Of a stretch of DNA of 64,000 nt, positions 1-11,941 are shown piece by piece; within the stretch, counting starts at the first letter, position 1, and each line of letters begins with the position of its first letter. Both the position numbers and the translations under genes were made by a program. This DNA is from Podarcis bocagei. Its lineage: Eukaryota. Location of the stretch: NCBI GenBank assembly GCA_964188305.1, contig OZ076901.1; one strand, given 5' to 3'. The notes under the pieces are model-generated. The model was not told where the DNA came from. It worked only from the letters and a program-made list of their open reading frames with translations, and made no database searches.

Positions 1-779
1 CAGCTGACGTGCTTCTATGTGCATCCTGCAACACCCCCTTGAGGACTAGTAAAATGCTCAGTCCCTTGAAAACCGGGGCGTGGTGCCTGCCTCGTGATAG
101 TAGTCAGTACAGAGCAAAGCAAGGCACGCAGGTGCTGAAACTAACATCGAGTGTTTCTCCCTTTCATAGACTTGAAATAGTATTTGGCAGCAACTAAGAA
201 GGTTACCCCTGAAAATGGGCTAAGCCACATCCACACATGGAGCGGGTTGCCCCTTCACACATCTTGGCAGTTTCCCAGGCTCTCACCTCCTGTTTCGGGA
301 ACACTTTTAAACACTGCCATTTCCCATCTGGTCTTCAGACACTGTCGCTAAATGGAGCCTCCGGATTCAGAGGCAGTCTATTTCTAAACGTCAGCAGCTG
401 GGGAAGCAACAGCCAGAGAGGGCTGCTGCCTCCAGTGCCCTGCCCAGTGAGCTTCCTTAAGGCGCCTGGTGGGTGCTCGTGGTTGGGAAAGGGGCGCTGA
501 ATCACTAAGGTTGGTTTGATCCATCCAGCTGAGGTTTCCTTGAGGACTAGGAACAAGGAACTGAGAAGGAGGTGTAAGGAAATAACTGCTAAATACGAAG
601 AAGGAACTGAGGTTTAGGAATTAGGGATAAGAAGAAACGATTTGGGAATAAGGAAAGTAAGGAGACGCAGGAATAAGGAACGGGGAATAAGGAGCCAATT
701 CCAGCCTCCGTCTGCCTTCTCCAGGGCTGCTGCTTCCCACCGGCCAAGTCCCTACCGGGAGCTGCTTCCCAAACCCACC

Positions 780-1730
780 ACACAACCCGAGCAATCTGCC
801 CATTGCCGGCGGTTGGCGGGCCGTGCCTTGGGGCGAGCGAGCGTCAGGGAAGGCGCTCTGGCTCCTCCTCCTCTTGCCTCCTCGGTGAGCTCACAGCCCA
901 GCCTGGGCGGCCCCTTCGACGGACTGGCGCGCAGTTGCCAAAGTTGCTTTGGAGAGAGAAAGGCGAGCGCGGCGGATAAGAGAGAAGCCTGCGTGGCTGG
1001 GTCAGGCAAGCGAGAGAGCAAGAGGCAGGAGGAGGACGGAGAGAGCCCCCAGCGCCAGGGCGAGGCGCGTGTGATCCCGTCGAGGCGGCGCCTGCGGCTC
1101 CCTCCCCGGACCCCCTGCGCCTTCGCCCGGATCATGGGAGTCTAAGCGCGGCGCAGCCATGGCCATCAACACGGAGGCGCCGCTGGCGAAGGCGCTGGAG
1201 AACTCTCCTCCGCCCGTGGACTCGCACGAGACGGAGAAGCTGCTGACCGCCGTCGGGGTAGCCCCGAAGTCCTTCTCAGCCGGTGGAGAAGGCGGCGATG
1301 AAGCGCCCGCCGGGGGCGAGGCCGAGCGCAACGGCCACCACAGCCTGCCTTACCAGTCCGGCTCGGAGGGGAAGCTGGAGGCCACGTCGCTCTCGCCGTC
1401 GCGGCTCAGCCTGGGGCGCGCCTCGTCCACGGCCACCACCTCCAACCTCCACGAGCCGGGCCGCTCGCGGGACTACCTCCCGCTGGCCATCTTCTCCTGC
1501 TTCTGCCCCATCTGGCCCCTCAACATCCTGGCCTTAGTCTTCTCCATCATGGTAAGCGGCCGTTCCCCCGCTCCAGCGCGTCCCCTCGGGACTCCGGCTG
1601 TGCGCAAAGACGCGCCGCCCTCGCCAAGTTCCTTGTGCGCCCTGGGCGCACCGGGGACATCGGCACGGCGTCGGGGAGTCGCGGAGCGCGGAAGTCCCCG
1701 GCGGGAACTTTGTAGCTGCGTTTAAAACTT
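780..1730. promoter_or_regulatory. CpG island over TRARG1 promoter, exon 1 and start of intron 1
   Basis: GC-rich stretch dense in CG dinucleotides against a CpG-depleted background; overlaps the first coding exon. Confidence 0.8.
1159..1551 (+). CDS. TRARG1: TRARG1/TUSC5 (CD225/dispanin family) coding exon 1
   Basis: GCCATGG Kozak; MAINTE...ETEKLL...[17 protein letters not shown]...[28 protein letters not shown] resembles TUSC5 ([28 protein letters not shown]); 131 codons, then donor G|GTAAGC at 1552. Confidence 0.93.
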
Positions 1731-2881
1731 GAGCAGAGGGCGTTACATCGGGGAGAATGGAAGAAGAGTGTGTCGGTAAGGGAGGGGTGTCTTAGTTTCT
1801 CCAAAAGTCTGTGAACTGCACGTTTTGGAGTGGACTGTTCTTCCCGTTTCGGAAGGACACGACTTTTGGGGGTTTGCGTGTGACAGAGAAAGAATATGCA
1901 ATCATATCGACCTGGCTGGGAAGTGGAGGAGGAGAAAACAAAGAGTGAATAATTGTAATTTATAACTTTCCCTGCATAACAGACTCCAAATACAGCAGCT
2001 CCCTTCCCAAATGCGGGGTGGGGCGTGTGCGTTTTGTGGATTGGGGAGATGGGAGAAAGACTTAAACAGAGTGTGAGGATTTGGCGGATTTTAATAATAT
2101 TAACATTATGATAAAAGTGCCCTTTCAAATGTAGAATCTTGCTCACGACTGAATTAAGGCTGCGGTACCCTATACCCGCTGTGCTGGGAGTAAGGCGCGT
2201 TGAATTCAATGGCAGTTCTGAGCAGAGATGTCGAGGATTACACAGCAATAAAATCAATTTAATTCGCGGGCCAAATACGAGGGTTTGGTTTTGGGTGGGT
2301 TGGTGGGTGTGCGTGTGGGTGTCTAATTCCCTCTTCTGCTTAGCAAACGAAGTTGATCAATAGCTCCACAGCCTGCCCTCTTCCTTCCCATCCGCCCCAG
2401 CTAGACATGGGTTGGAGACAGATCCCACTTAAGTTAAGACGTGTCAAGAACAGCCTAGGCGTCTCTTGCTTGGCTCTGGATTTTGTCGGGGAGAGATGTA
2501 AAAAATTATAGAGTGAGGAAATGGGGGGGGGGGCGGTTGACAGAACTTGTTGCCATGTAATGTCGAAATAAAGAAAGACTACGCTGAACATGTACAGAGT
2601 GCCTCTGACCACAAAGAACAAACACAAGCTTCTGCCACGGGGAGGGTAAGAGAGCTCAGAGAGCAGTTTCCAGAGCTGATAGATGCAAATTTTGTTGCAC
2701 ATTAACCTCTGACTGGGGGGGGGTGCCCCTTCCATTCCCACCCATCTGTGGGTGCGCTTACCAGCAAGGTGAGGGGCAGCCATGTGTTAACAGGATCCCC
2801 TGCAAAAAATGACAGGACCACAGCAGTCCAGAGAACCTCAAAACGGGCAAAAGTCTCCTGGTCACAAAGGCGTACGAACTA

Positions 2882-3085
2882 GCGGGGCTGTAGTGGTTAG
2901 CGTGGGGGGGACCTGGGTTCAAATCCCCACTTGGATATACGAAGTTCTCTGGGTGTGATCCTGGGGGGCCTGACACCATATTCTTAGCCCGACCTACTTC
3001 GCAGGGATGTAGGGATTACATGAGATGCGGGAGAGACACAGATGCCGTCTTTGAGCTCCTTGGGAGAAAAAGGTGGGTTATAAAG
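2882..3085 (+). mobile_element. MIR/Ther1-related SINE (Squam3-like)
   Basis: GTAGTGGTTAG...CCTGGGTTCAAATCCCCAC head, CCTAC.TCGCAGGG core, GAGCTCCTTGGGAGAAAAAGGTGGG end; second copy on the minus strand at about 20610-20800. Confidence 0.6.
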
Positions 3086-3086
3086 G

Positions 3087-3150
3087 CAAGGAAGGAAGGA
3101 AGGAAGGAAGGAAGGAAGGAAGGAAGGAAGGAAGGAAGGAAGGAAGGAAG
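3087..3150. repeat. (GGAA)n microsatellite
   Basis: Direct observation. Confidence 0.95.
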
Positions 3151-3423
3151 AAGAGAGGAGGGATCCAAAGTTTGTTGGCGGGCAGCACCCCCCTCAGAAG
3201 TCGCACAGCTTCCCTGGGATGACTAGAGGGAAGGAGGAAGAATTCGTTTCCGTTGAGCTGACTATAGAAAGCTCTGGGCATCCATAGGGGGGTGTCTTCC
3301 TGTTTCTCCCCTCTCCAGTCTCTGGATACAACCAAGCATATGTGGGGTTGGCTTTGGGGCAGCCAGAGATGAATTTGGATGCTGAGGAGATTCATCCATA
3401 GGGCTGGCGCAAGGAGGCCTCTG

Positions 3424-3426
<3 letters not shown>

Positions 3427-3468
<42 letters not shown>
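3427..3468. repeat. (CT)n microsatellite
   Basis: Direct observation. Confidence 0.95.
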
Positions 3469-3472
<4 letters not shown>

Positions 3473-4164
3473 TTGGCTCCAGGAAGGCCTCCTGGCAGAT
3501 GCAGTGGGGGAAGAAAGGGAAGGGTGGAGGGGGAAACAGAGCACAGAATTCTAGCATAGTACAGTTGGGAGGGGCCCAAAGGGTCATCTAGTCCAACCCC
3601 CAACCCCTGCTGTGCAGGATGCTCTTTTAATTTCTAAAATGGGGCGTGCCGGTTCTCAAGTTCTGCCTTTGGGCTGGGATGAGGGCAGCCACCCACTTGC
3701 ACCCCTAAGGGTGTAGAGGGCAGGTATCTGGCAGGAAAAGGCCTGGCGCACTTGATGTGCTCAGAGGCAACGCTTACGCTTTTGACATGGTCTGAAAAGG
3801 CTGAGCTCAGAAACAGAGAGGACTAAGGTTTAGCTGCCACGAAGGCTGGGAGAGGTGGGGAAAAGGGCGGCCAACATTATTGGGGAATTGTAAGAGCATC
3901 TCCTCTGACCAGAGTTTACAGGGTTGGCTGTGTAAACTTGGCAGAGCGGTGGATGATGGGAAGAAAAAAGCCGTGCTGGCTGAGCTGATGGGAATTGTAG
4001 TCCAGAACAGCTGGAGGGCCCCAGGATGGCCAAGGCTGGATTAATGGTTAATAATATAAAAGCTGAAAGAGAGAGAAGCAAAGAGGGAGCTGTCCATGGT
4101 AGCAGCCAGGATTCCTCCAAAACAGGGGAAGCTTTTCAGGGAAACGCAGAGCGGTTCCAGACTG

Positions 4165-4570
4165 AACATAGGAAGCTGCCTTAACACTGAGTCAGAACGT
4201 TGCTCCATCTAACTCAGTACTGCCTACACTGGCTGGCAGTGGCTCACCATTGTTTCAGATCAGGGATCCCTTCTCCAAGCCCTGCCTGGGGACGCTGCCA
4301 GAATTTGAACCTGGGACCTTCTGCATGTAAAACTGATGCTTTACCACTGAGCTATGGCCCACCCCTTAAAAATGAATCAAGATGCTAGCCCTCATGGTGC
4401 TGAACTAAGGGCACACAGGAAGCTGCCTTATTAGTCCATCTGGCTCAGGACACTGGCTGGCAGCAGCTCTCCAGGATTTTAGGCAGGGAGCCTTGCCCAG
4501 CCCTACCTGAGGATGCCATTGGCGATTGACACCTTCTGCATGCAAGGCATATGTCCTGCCACTCAGCTCA
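4165..4570 (-). mobile_element. Tandem pair of tRNA-Ala-derived SINEs
   Basis: Head GGGCCATAGCTCAGTGG...TTCAA.T.C.GGCA (tRNA-Ala-UGC-like), body GCTGCCAG.CAGTGTAG, tail AAGGCAGCTTCCTATGTTC; two units plus linker. Confidence 0.75.
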
Positions 4571-4730
4571 TGATAGGCAATGGGGAGAAAGGCTCTGATA
4601 AGCCCCCCATGTACACGGCTTGTCCACAGATAGACAGCAGACTGAGTAGGACATAGAAAGAGGGGGCCGTGGCACATTTGAGCTCTGCATCCATACTAAC
4701 CACATGAAAACACTTGTTGCTCAAGTGTTT

Positions 4731-5078
4731 CTCAACGGCCTTGGTCCAGTATATCTGAAGAAGCGTCTCCACCCCCATCGTTCTACCCGGACACTGAGGT
4801 CCAGCACCAAGGGCCTTCTGGCAGTTCCCTCACTGCGAGAAGCCAAGTTACAGGGAACCAGGCAGAGGGCCTTCTCGGTAGTGGCGCCTTCCCTGTGGAA
4901 CACCCTCCCACCAGATGTCAAAGAGAACAACAACTACCAGGCTTTTAGAAGACATCTGAAGGCAGCTCTGTTTCGGGAAGTTTTTAATGTTTGATGTATT
5001 ATAGTATTTTAATATTCTTTTGGAAGCCGCCCAGAGTGGCTGGGGAAGGTATAAATAAATTGGGCAGGGTATAAATAA

Positions 5079-5133
<55 letters not shown>
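4731..5133 (+). mobile_element. L2-clade LINE, 5'-truncated 3' end
   Basis: LNGLGPVYLKKRL...RAFSVVAPSLWNTLPPDVKE...FRRHLKAALF; GCCGCCCAGAGTGGC 3' UTR; (TTA)n tail. Confidence 0.85.
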
Positions 5134-5134
<1 letters not shown>

Positions 5135-5389
5135 GGCAATAGCAATGCTGAGCCCCCAGGTTCAGATGAAGTCTATCTCAGGAGACCAAGAGATGATGAA
5201 GAATGCCATGGGGAGGGCATTTGCACTCCTGTCCTGCTCAGGGGCATCCCAGAGCCACCCAGATGGCCACACAGCTGGGCCTAGGTGGGCCTTAGGCCTT
5301 AGGCTCCCAGAAGGCCTCTCCAGATGTCCTTACGAAGTAAGATAGTTAAGAGTGGAGCCTCCATAGGCAGAATCAGCAGCAGGCCCTTT

Positions 5390-5770
5390 GAATATTTTAT
5401 TTATTCATTAAATCTGTATGTCACCCTTAATCAGAAGACCTCAGGACTGCTCACAACATAAAAAATACAAAATGAAAACACAAAATACAGAATAAAACCA
5501 AGTTCAAAAACAACTCCCACAAACACATTTAAAGGGTCACAGATTGTTTAATAGGTCAAAACCAGCACTTTGAATTGGGCCTGGAAACTAATTGGCAGCC
5601 AGTATAATTAGGCCAGGATCGGTGTAATATTCTCAAACTGTCTTGCACCGGTGAGCAACCTGGCTGCCAAATTGTGCACCAACTGATGTTTCTGAACCTT
5701 CTTCAGAAGCAGCCCTACACTTAACACTTTGCAGTAATCTAATTTAAAGGCTATCAGAGTACGACTGGGG
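5390..5770 (-). mobile_element. Older L2-clade LINE fragment
   Basis: KLDYC...QLVHNLAARLLTGARQFENITPILA, typical of L2 ORF2. Confidence 0.7.
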
Positions 5771-5824
5771 GACAGACAACCAGGGAGGGCCACTGCCGTT
5801 TATGTCCTGCCCTCACACCTGGGA

Positions 5825-5989
5825 AGGGCTGTAGCACAGTGGTAGAGCATTTGCCTTGCCTTGGGTTCAATCCCAGGCATTTCCAGGTAGGCCCCTCCGC
5901 TGAAATCCTGGAGAGTTGCTGCCAGTCAGTGTAGACAATCTTTAGCTAGAAGGACCAAATGGTCTGTGTCAGAATAAGGCAGCTTCCTG

Positions 5990-6042
<53 letters not shown>

Positions 6043-6250
6043 CCAGCCCTTTATTCAGAGCAATGAGGACTAGGATCTTTAATTTTAGGGAGTCACAGCT
6101 CAGTGGTGGAATACCTGCCTTACATGCCGAAAGTCACAGGTTTAACCTCCAGGCAGAGAGGCTCGTCCTCTGAAACTCTGGAGAGCAGTTGCTGCCAGTC
6201 AGTGTAGACAGTACTGAGCCAGATGGTCTGACTCAGCAGAAGGCTCCTTG
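5825..6250 (+). mobile_element. Tandem pair of tRNA-Ala-derived SINEs
   Basis: Same family; units separated by (ATT)n and the ATGAGGACTAG linker. Confidence 0.75.
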
Positions 6251-6951
6251 TGAGTTTGCCAAATGCATCCTGAAAAGTAGAGGATGCTGGACGGACCATC
6301 TTTGTTTAAGAGATTGTTTCTGCAGTTAAGATTTAGTTTTTGGAGATGCAATCTTGTTGCTGTTACCTGGATCATGCTGCTGCATTTCAGTGATCAGCAA
6401 ATATATTTTATTGCACATTCATGAATAGAAGTAGAAGTTCACATCAGCTTATTGCAGCCATTTAAAGTCTGTGGTGTCTTGTAACCGTGAGAGAACTGCG
6501 TAAACCTTTGGATGGTGCAAACCGCCTTGAGCAGGGCTTACTAAGGATCAAATGTAAGAGTACGTTGAAGGCAGACCTTTGGTCTGCTCCAGCAGCCAGG
6601 CTCTTCCGAAGGATCATTGGAAGGCGGGTCAGCATTTCTGTCCCCTTTCAGGTTGAGAAAAGCAGCAGAGCCACTAAGAAGTCTTTCCTGACTCCCTGTT
6701 ATTTTGTTACAAGTCAGGAGCGTGTGATGTTTTTGCCACCTGTGTCCATTTGATTACCGAAAGCAGCCCCAGAGGACCATTACATACTCCACGGTTTCGC
6801 AAAGATAACTGATTCTCCGCCGCGGAAGCACACACCAAGGCCATCTCCCCGATTAGCAGCAACAACAAAAACAGGCTTATAAACTGAAGTCATAACCCCG
6901 TTTACCTGGGAGTGAGTCCATGCAAAATAAGTGTGTGTGTGTGTGTGTGTG

Positions 6952-7258
6952 TCTTCTTCTTCTTTGGCGATCCCTTGTAGCCGAGTAAGATCGTCTTCCA
7001 TAAACAGGGTTTTAACAATGAGTCCATAAGTGACTGTGGAGGCCAATTCTGGATCCACACATCCTTCCACAGTGGGGACATTGGTTTTCGGACCGGAGCT
7101 GATCACGGTGTGGATTTGCCAAGTGTGCCTTCCTCTTAGCGCATTTCTCCCTTGAGTCCTGAGTTTGAGTGTCTTCAAAGTCCATGACACCTTTGGTAAA
7201 GGCTGTTCTCCAACTGGAGCGCTCGCAGGCCAGTGTTTCCTAGTTATCAGTGTTTATA
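6952..7258 (-). mobile_element. RTE-clade LINE 3' end
   Basis: Minus strand reads ETLACERSSWRTAFTKG...CPHCGRMCGSRIGLHSHLWTH (C2H2 motif), then a (GAA)n tail. Confidence 0.8.
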
Positions 7259-7289
7259 CTACCTTTTTTTATACACACACACACACACA

Positions 7290-7336
<47 letters not shown>

Positions 7337-7868
7337 ACTGGACGACTGATACCTTTTATGCAAAGCAGAACCCAGCTTTTCCCACGGTGGAGGTTTTTTA
7401 AAAACCGTGCACAGCTGTGGAAGTGGGTTCAGGTTGCAAGGGAGGGTTTAATGGGAGATCTAGAATCAAGGGTGGGGGAAGATTTAAAAAAGGGGGGAAG
7501 TTGGCTAGCCAGGGGTTGACCTAGAAAGGGGTGTGTGAGTGAAAGCAGTGTAGACCTAGGTAAAAGCACCACACACACATGGACATCTAAGGTTTCTCAT
7601 TTGTAATGTAAACATGAGCCAGCTGTGTGCTACTGCAGCAAATAAAGCCAATACAATCCTAACCTGGAGATTTCGGGGATTGAACCAGGCCAGGACCTTC
7701 TGCATGCAAAGCAGATGCTCTGTACACCTTACCCATGTGCACAGGGGTCCTTTTTAAAGGTGTTACAGAATTATTATTTTAGAAATCTGCCCGTGCATCC
7801 ATACATGGACCTCAAGGCTGATGGCTTGGAGAATTTACTTTCTAGTGCTAGATTTATTCATTTAGTTC

Positions 7869-7871
<3 letters not shown>

Positions 7872-7909
<38 letters not shown>
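7872..7909. repeat. (AC)n microsatellite
   Basis: Direct observation. Confidence 0.95.
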
Positions 7910-7910
<1 letters not shown>

Positions 7911-8039
7911 ACTTGGCGGTGGTGGTGGTTTTTATAAAAATAATAATCTCAAAGTGGTTTGCAAAAAAAAAGCTAAAACTATCAATACTATAAGATGACC
8001 CGACAGCAAAAATTCAAAACTCCAAAGATGTTAAAATAA

Positions 8040-8400
8040 CAGTAGACTGAAAACAGATCAAAACTCACATTAAATTTCTAAACAACTGGACAGCCTTGCC
8101 TAAATAAGAATGTTTTTAGCAGGCATTGAAAGGAGCTCAGTGAAGGCGCCTGCCTGATATCAAGAGGCAGGGAGTTCCAAAGGGTAGATGCTGTCACAGT
8201 AAGATGCCAAATTCTCCCAAATATACTGGAACAGGTATTATGCGGTCCCTGTAACAGTGCCAGTTCCACCGATCGAAGCAACGCTGTGGGCTTATGTGGG
8301 GTAAAACGATCTCACAGGTAAACTGCCCCCAAGTTGTTCGCTGATAACAACACCTTGAATTTGGCGTGGGAGAAAATCGGCAACCGGTGAAGATCTCTGA
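8040..8400 (-). mobile_element. L2-clade LINE fragment
   Basis: TLWNSLPLDIRQAPSLSSFQCLLKTFLF ORF2 C-terminus. Confidence 0.7.
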
Positions 8401-8596
8401 GCACAGATGTTCTACGCTGACAAGGCCTCATTCTGGTCAGCAATCGTGGGGGAGTATCCTGCCCCAACTGCGCCTTCCGGGTCAAGCGCGAGAGAAGCCC
8501 CCTGTGTCCTCACACAACATGAACCAGGGGGGTGAATGGCAGCGCACAGGTCTAAGACGGTCTGCTTTTCTCTCCTCCCCTCCCTTCTTTTGACAG

Positions 8597-8726
8597 TCTA
8601 GGAACAGCTGCCAACAGGGAGATGTGGATGGAGCACGGCGGTTGGGGCGGGTTGCCAGATTCCTCAGCATCATCTCCATCGTCCTGGGGACCCTCATCAT
8701 CTTGGTTTGCACACTGAAGTTCACAG
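8597..8726 (+). CDS. TRARG1: TRARG1/TUSC5 coding exon 2
   Basis: Pyrimidine tract + ACAG acceptor; [43 protein letters not shown] (CD225 loop and TM helix); donor AG|GTAGGT; phase 0 matches exon 1. Confidence 0.93.
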
Positions 8727-8986
8727 GTAGGTGCCAACCTGTGTCCCACCCAATTCCACCAGAGACACTCGCTCACAACCCTAAAGAGAGCTCAAACTAA
8801 GACGGCATGTTCAACACCACCATTATTCTTCCATTTGCATGCAATTATTTTGACATCTGGCCGCTGTGTTTAGGCAACCGATTCAAGATGTTTCCTATCA
8901 AAAGATCAACAAGGAGCCTAGGATTATACAATACCATCATGTAGTGAGCACAAGACATACAGTCCTTCACATGTAACAGTACACAG

Positions 8987-9175
8987 GGCCTTCTCGGTAG
9001 TGGCACCCTCCCTTCAGATGTCAAGGAGACAAAGAACTACATTCATCTGAAGGCAGCCCTGTATCGGGAAGTTTTTAATGGTTGATATTTTGATATATGC
9101 TGTAAGCCGCCCAGAGTGGCTGGGGAAACCCAGCCAGATGCGCGGGGTAGAAAGAATAAATGAATAAATGAATGA
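8987..9175 (+). mobile_element. Short L2 3' fragment
   Basis: Near-identical to the 4731 copy. Confidence 0.75.
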
Positions 9176-9189
9176 AAAGGAAAAAGCCT

Positions 9190-9315
9190 GGCATTTCAGG
9201 TGGCAGAGCATGCGGCTCTTAATCTCAGGGTTGTGGGTAAAAGATTCCTGAGTTGTGGGGGTTGGGCTAGATGACCCTCAGGGTCCCTTTCAGCTCTAAG
9301 ATTCTACTATTCTAA
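9190..9315 (+). mobile_element. tRNA-Lys(CTT)-headed SINE with CR1-like tail
   Basis: GAGCATG.G.CTCTTAATCTCAGGG head joined to CTAGATGACC...GGTCCCTT...ATTCTA tail; related copies at about 20380-20490 (-) and 27380-27510 (-). Confidence 0.55.
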
Positions 9316-9674
9316 CGAAACTACGTGATTTCCAAGGACCGTCCCCGCAACTCCAGGCCAGATAAAAAAAACCCTGTTCTTTGCTCCCTTCAAGGAAATG
9401 ATTCTGCCTCGCCTCTCTCAATTTTGGTGGCAGGGAAGGGGGGGAAAGGAGAGCTTTGACAGCATATGCCAGAGAAAGCAAAGCCATGTTTCTGTCTGCA
9501 AGGAGTTTATAATGCAGAGCGGCTTAGTGGAAGTGCCTGAGCCAATGCATTCAAATGGCGAAAAAGGAGATTGCGACTAAACTTTAGGAAGGAGATTCTG
9601 AGAGTAAGAGCCATTCAGTCGTGGAATGGTCTCCCTCGGAAGGTGGTGGCCCTCTTTCACTAAAGGTTTTCTAA

Positions 9675-10432
9675 AAAGAATTTTAAATGTAATTTATATA
9701 CAACAATTATTCAACCATCATTTTAACACCTCCAACTTCCACTCCTTTCCGCCTTTCTGCGGTTCTTTGCATTCATTTTCGTCCTTTCCTGCATACTCAT
9801 TCTTTTAATCAACTATTCTCATATATATCTCATATATATTTTTGAAACTGCAGGTTTTTACAACAATCCTGCCAATGGCTTCACCTGCTTACAGTTTATT
9901 TGTAAATACTCAATAAACCATTTCCATTCCTTTCTAAAAAGTTTGTTATCTTGATTTCTTATTCTCCCTGTAAGTTTCGCCATTTCTGTGTACTCCATTA
10001 GTTTCTGTAACCATTCTCTTTCGTAGGGACCTCTTCTTCCTTCCAATTTTGAGCAAATAACATTCTCGCAGCTGTGGTCACATGCATAAACTAACTTCTA
10101 TACTGTTGGTAGTTCTGATCCTATAATTCCCAAGAGAAAAGCTTCTGGGTTGGGGGTTTTTTAACGAATGTTATCTGAAATAATATCTTTTTCAATTCAT
10201 TATATATCACTTCCCAGTAAGCTTTAACCTTATTGCAAGACCACCACATATGGGAAAAGCTAACTTCTTTCTCTTTACATTTCCAACACTTATTCAATTT
10301 TGAATTAGACACTTTTGCCAATCTACTAGGTGTTAGGTACCATCTATATAACATGTTCATATAACTTTCTCTTAAACCAGAACATGCTGTCAATTTTATG
10401 CCCATATTCCACAATCGTTCCCATGCTTCCAT
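9675..10432 (-). mobile_element. L1-clade LINE 3' fragment
   Basis: YRWYLTPSRLAK...CWKC...HMWWSC zinc knuckle; WLQKLMEYTEMAKLT; degraded by frameshifts. Confidence 0.8.
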
Positions 10433-10444
10433 TTATATCTGAAA

Positions 10445-10778
10445 TCCAGTATATCTGGAAGAGCGTCTCCACTCCCATCGTTCTACCCGGACGCTGAGGT
10501 CCAGTGCCGAGGGCCTTCTGGCAGTTCCCTCGCTGCGAGAAGCCAAGTTACAGGGAACCAGGCAGAGGGCCTTCTCGGTAGTGGCGCCCGCCCTGTGGAA
10601 CGCCCTCCCATCAGATGTCAAAGAGAACAACAACCACCAGACTTTGAGAAGACATCTGAAGGCAGCCCTGTTTAGGGAAGTTTTTAATATTTAATGCTGT
10701 ATTGTTTTTAACACTCGATTGGGAGCTGCCCAGAGTGGCTGGGGAAACGCAGCCAGATGGGCGGGGTATAAATAATAA
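10445..10778 (+). mobile_element. L2-clade LINE 3' end
   Basis: Same family as the 4731 copy. Confidence 0.85.
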
Positions 10779-10929
10779 TTTTTTTGGCCTGGATTCGGTT
10801 GGCCTGGATGACCTTTGGGGGTCTCTCCCAACCCTAAAATTGTAACAGGAACACACCTGTCTTGTGCTTGTAAAAACTGCCTGACCAAAACGACCCTCTT
10901 TCTCTCTCTTTCTCTCTCCTCACCTCCAG

Positions 10930-10949
10930 GTTACCTGCAATCAAATTAG
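10930..10949 (+). CDS. TRARG1: Probable TRARG1 terminal coding exon (G-YLQSN-stop) followed by 3' UTR
   Basis: Long CT tract ending CTCCAG at 10929; phase-1 join gives GGT TAC CTG CAA TCA AAT TAG; total 180 aa, close to mammalian TUSC5 length. Too short to confirm by homology. Confidence 0.65.
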
Positions 10950-11935
10950 CATGAGCAAAGCTTGAGGGGAAAGAAGGTGGTCCTTCGACCTGCATATTTA
11001 TTTGTGTTTTTGAGTGGCCGTAGGATTCCTCCCATTTCCGCGCAAAAGGAAGGACTTTTTCAGCGGGAGAAAAATGTGGGGATCCTCCACAGCCCAACCC
11101 TATCCTGCTCCCATCCTTGGACAGAATTACAGCATGCCCATCTTCACCATTAGCCTTTTGGATCACAAAAAAAGTTTATTTCCAGGGGACGAACAAAAAG
11201 TACAATCCAATGAACAGGACTAGGCAGGAGGGGAAGAATGAAGATCCCTTCCTGCCTGGCACAGGAACTCTCTACCTCGTCATCTGCCACACAGAGAGAA
11301 AGGCACGGGTGGGAACGGAGAACCGTCAAGAGGAGGCGCATTTCTCCCAAAGCAAAACTCTCCTTGATCTCCCACTTCCCCCCACGCCAGCGGCAGTGAA
11401 CTGGGTTTTGTACAGCTGGATGCTTTGCCTCTCCGCCGGGGTTGGGCAGAAATCACTCCTGTTGCCATGCAAAAAAAAAATAATTGAGAAGGAAAATCCA
11501 CCGAGCCACCCAGCCCATTCCAAATACTGCTTCTCCCCTGCAGGGATGGTTCTGGAGCAGGGATCAAGGGAAGTTGTGGGCGTCGAGAGGGAATTCTGTT
11601 TTGTATATTTTTGATGAGCATTTGCATGCCTGTACGTAGGAATAGGAGAAACTCATAGCTGACCCTTGTCTCACTGCCCAGGCGCCATCCTTGTGCTTGC
11701 TTGGTCCTGCGCAACGCATGATGGGTTGTTTTGTGGGGTGTTTTTTTCCTTTTTGCAAGAGAGGCCCACGCTGGAGAATTAGTGGCGGTCCGCTGCCTCT
11801 CTCCGCGACCCAAGGACGTTTCATCCCTGGGGCGACTGAGGGGAAAGGGCCCCGCTTCTGCGTCTCCCAACAGCTCGATCCGGCACCCGTCAGGGCTGGG
11901 ATGTGAAAAGGGATCGTTCCGCATCCCTTCGTTAA

Positions 11936-11941
11936 AATAAA
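11936..11941 (+). terminator. Candidate TRARG1 poly(A) signal AATAAA
   Basis: AATAAA about 1 kb after the proposed stop, at the end of a repeat-free stretch; alternatives lie near 13331-13623. Confidence 0.35.

Noticed and set aside
1552-1725. C-terminal extension of ORF 1159..1725
   Set aside because: Read-through into intron 1 past a consensus GTAAGC donor; homology continues at 8597.
1547-2257. 236-aa ORF and other long six-frame ORFs (11280-11924, 29166-29834, 31348-31929, 42267-42851, 54095-54634)
   Set aside because: No domain similarity, often non-ATG starts, overlapping repeats, UTRs or GC-rich DNA; consistent with chance.
6060-6075. GGACTAG linker as a Helitron 3' CTAG terminus
   Set aside because: No consistent subterminal GC hairpin, and the following base is usually G or A rather than the T of an A|T target.
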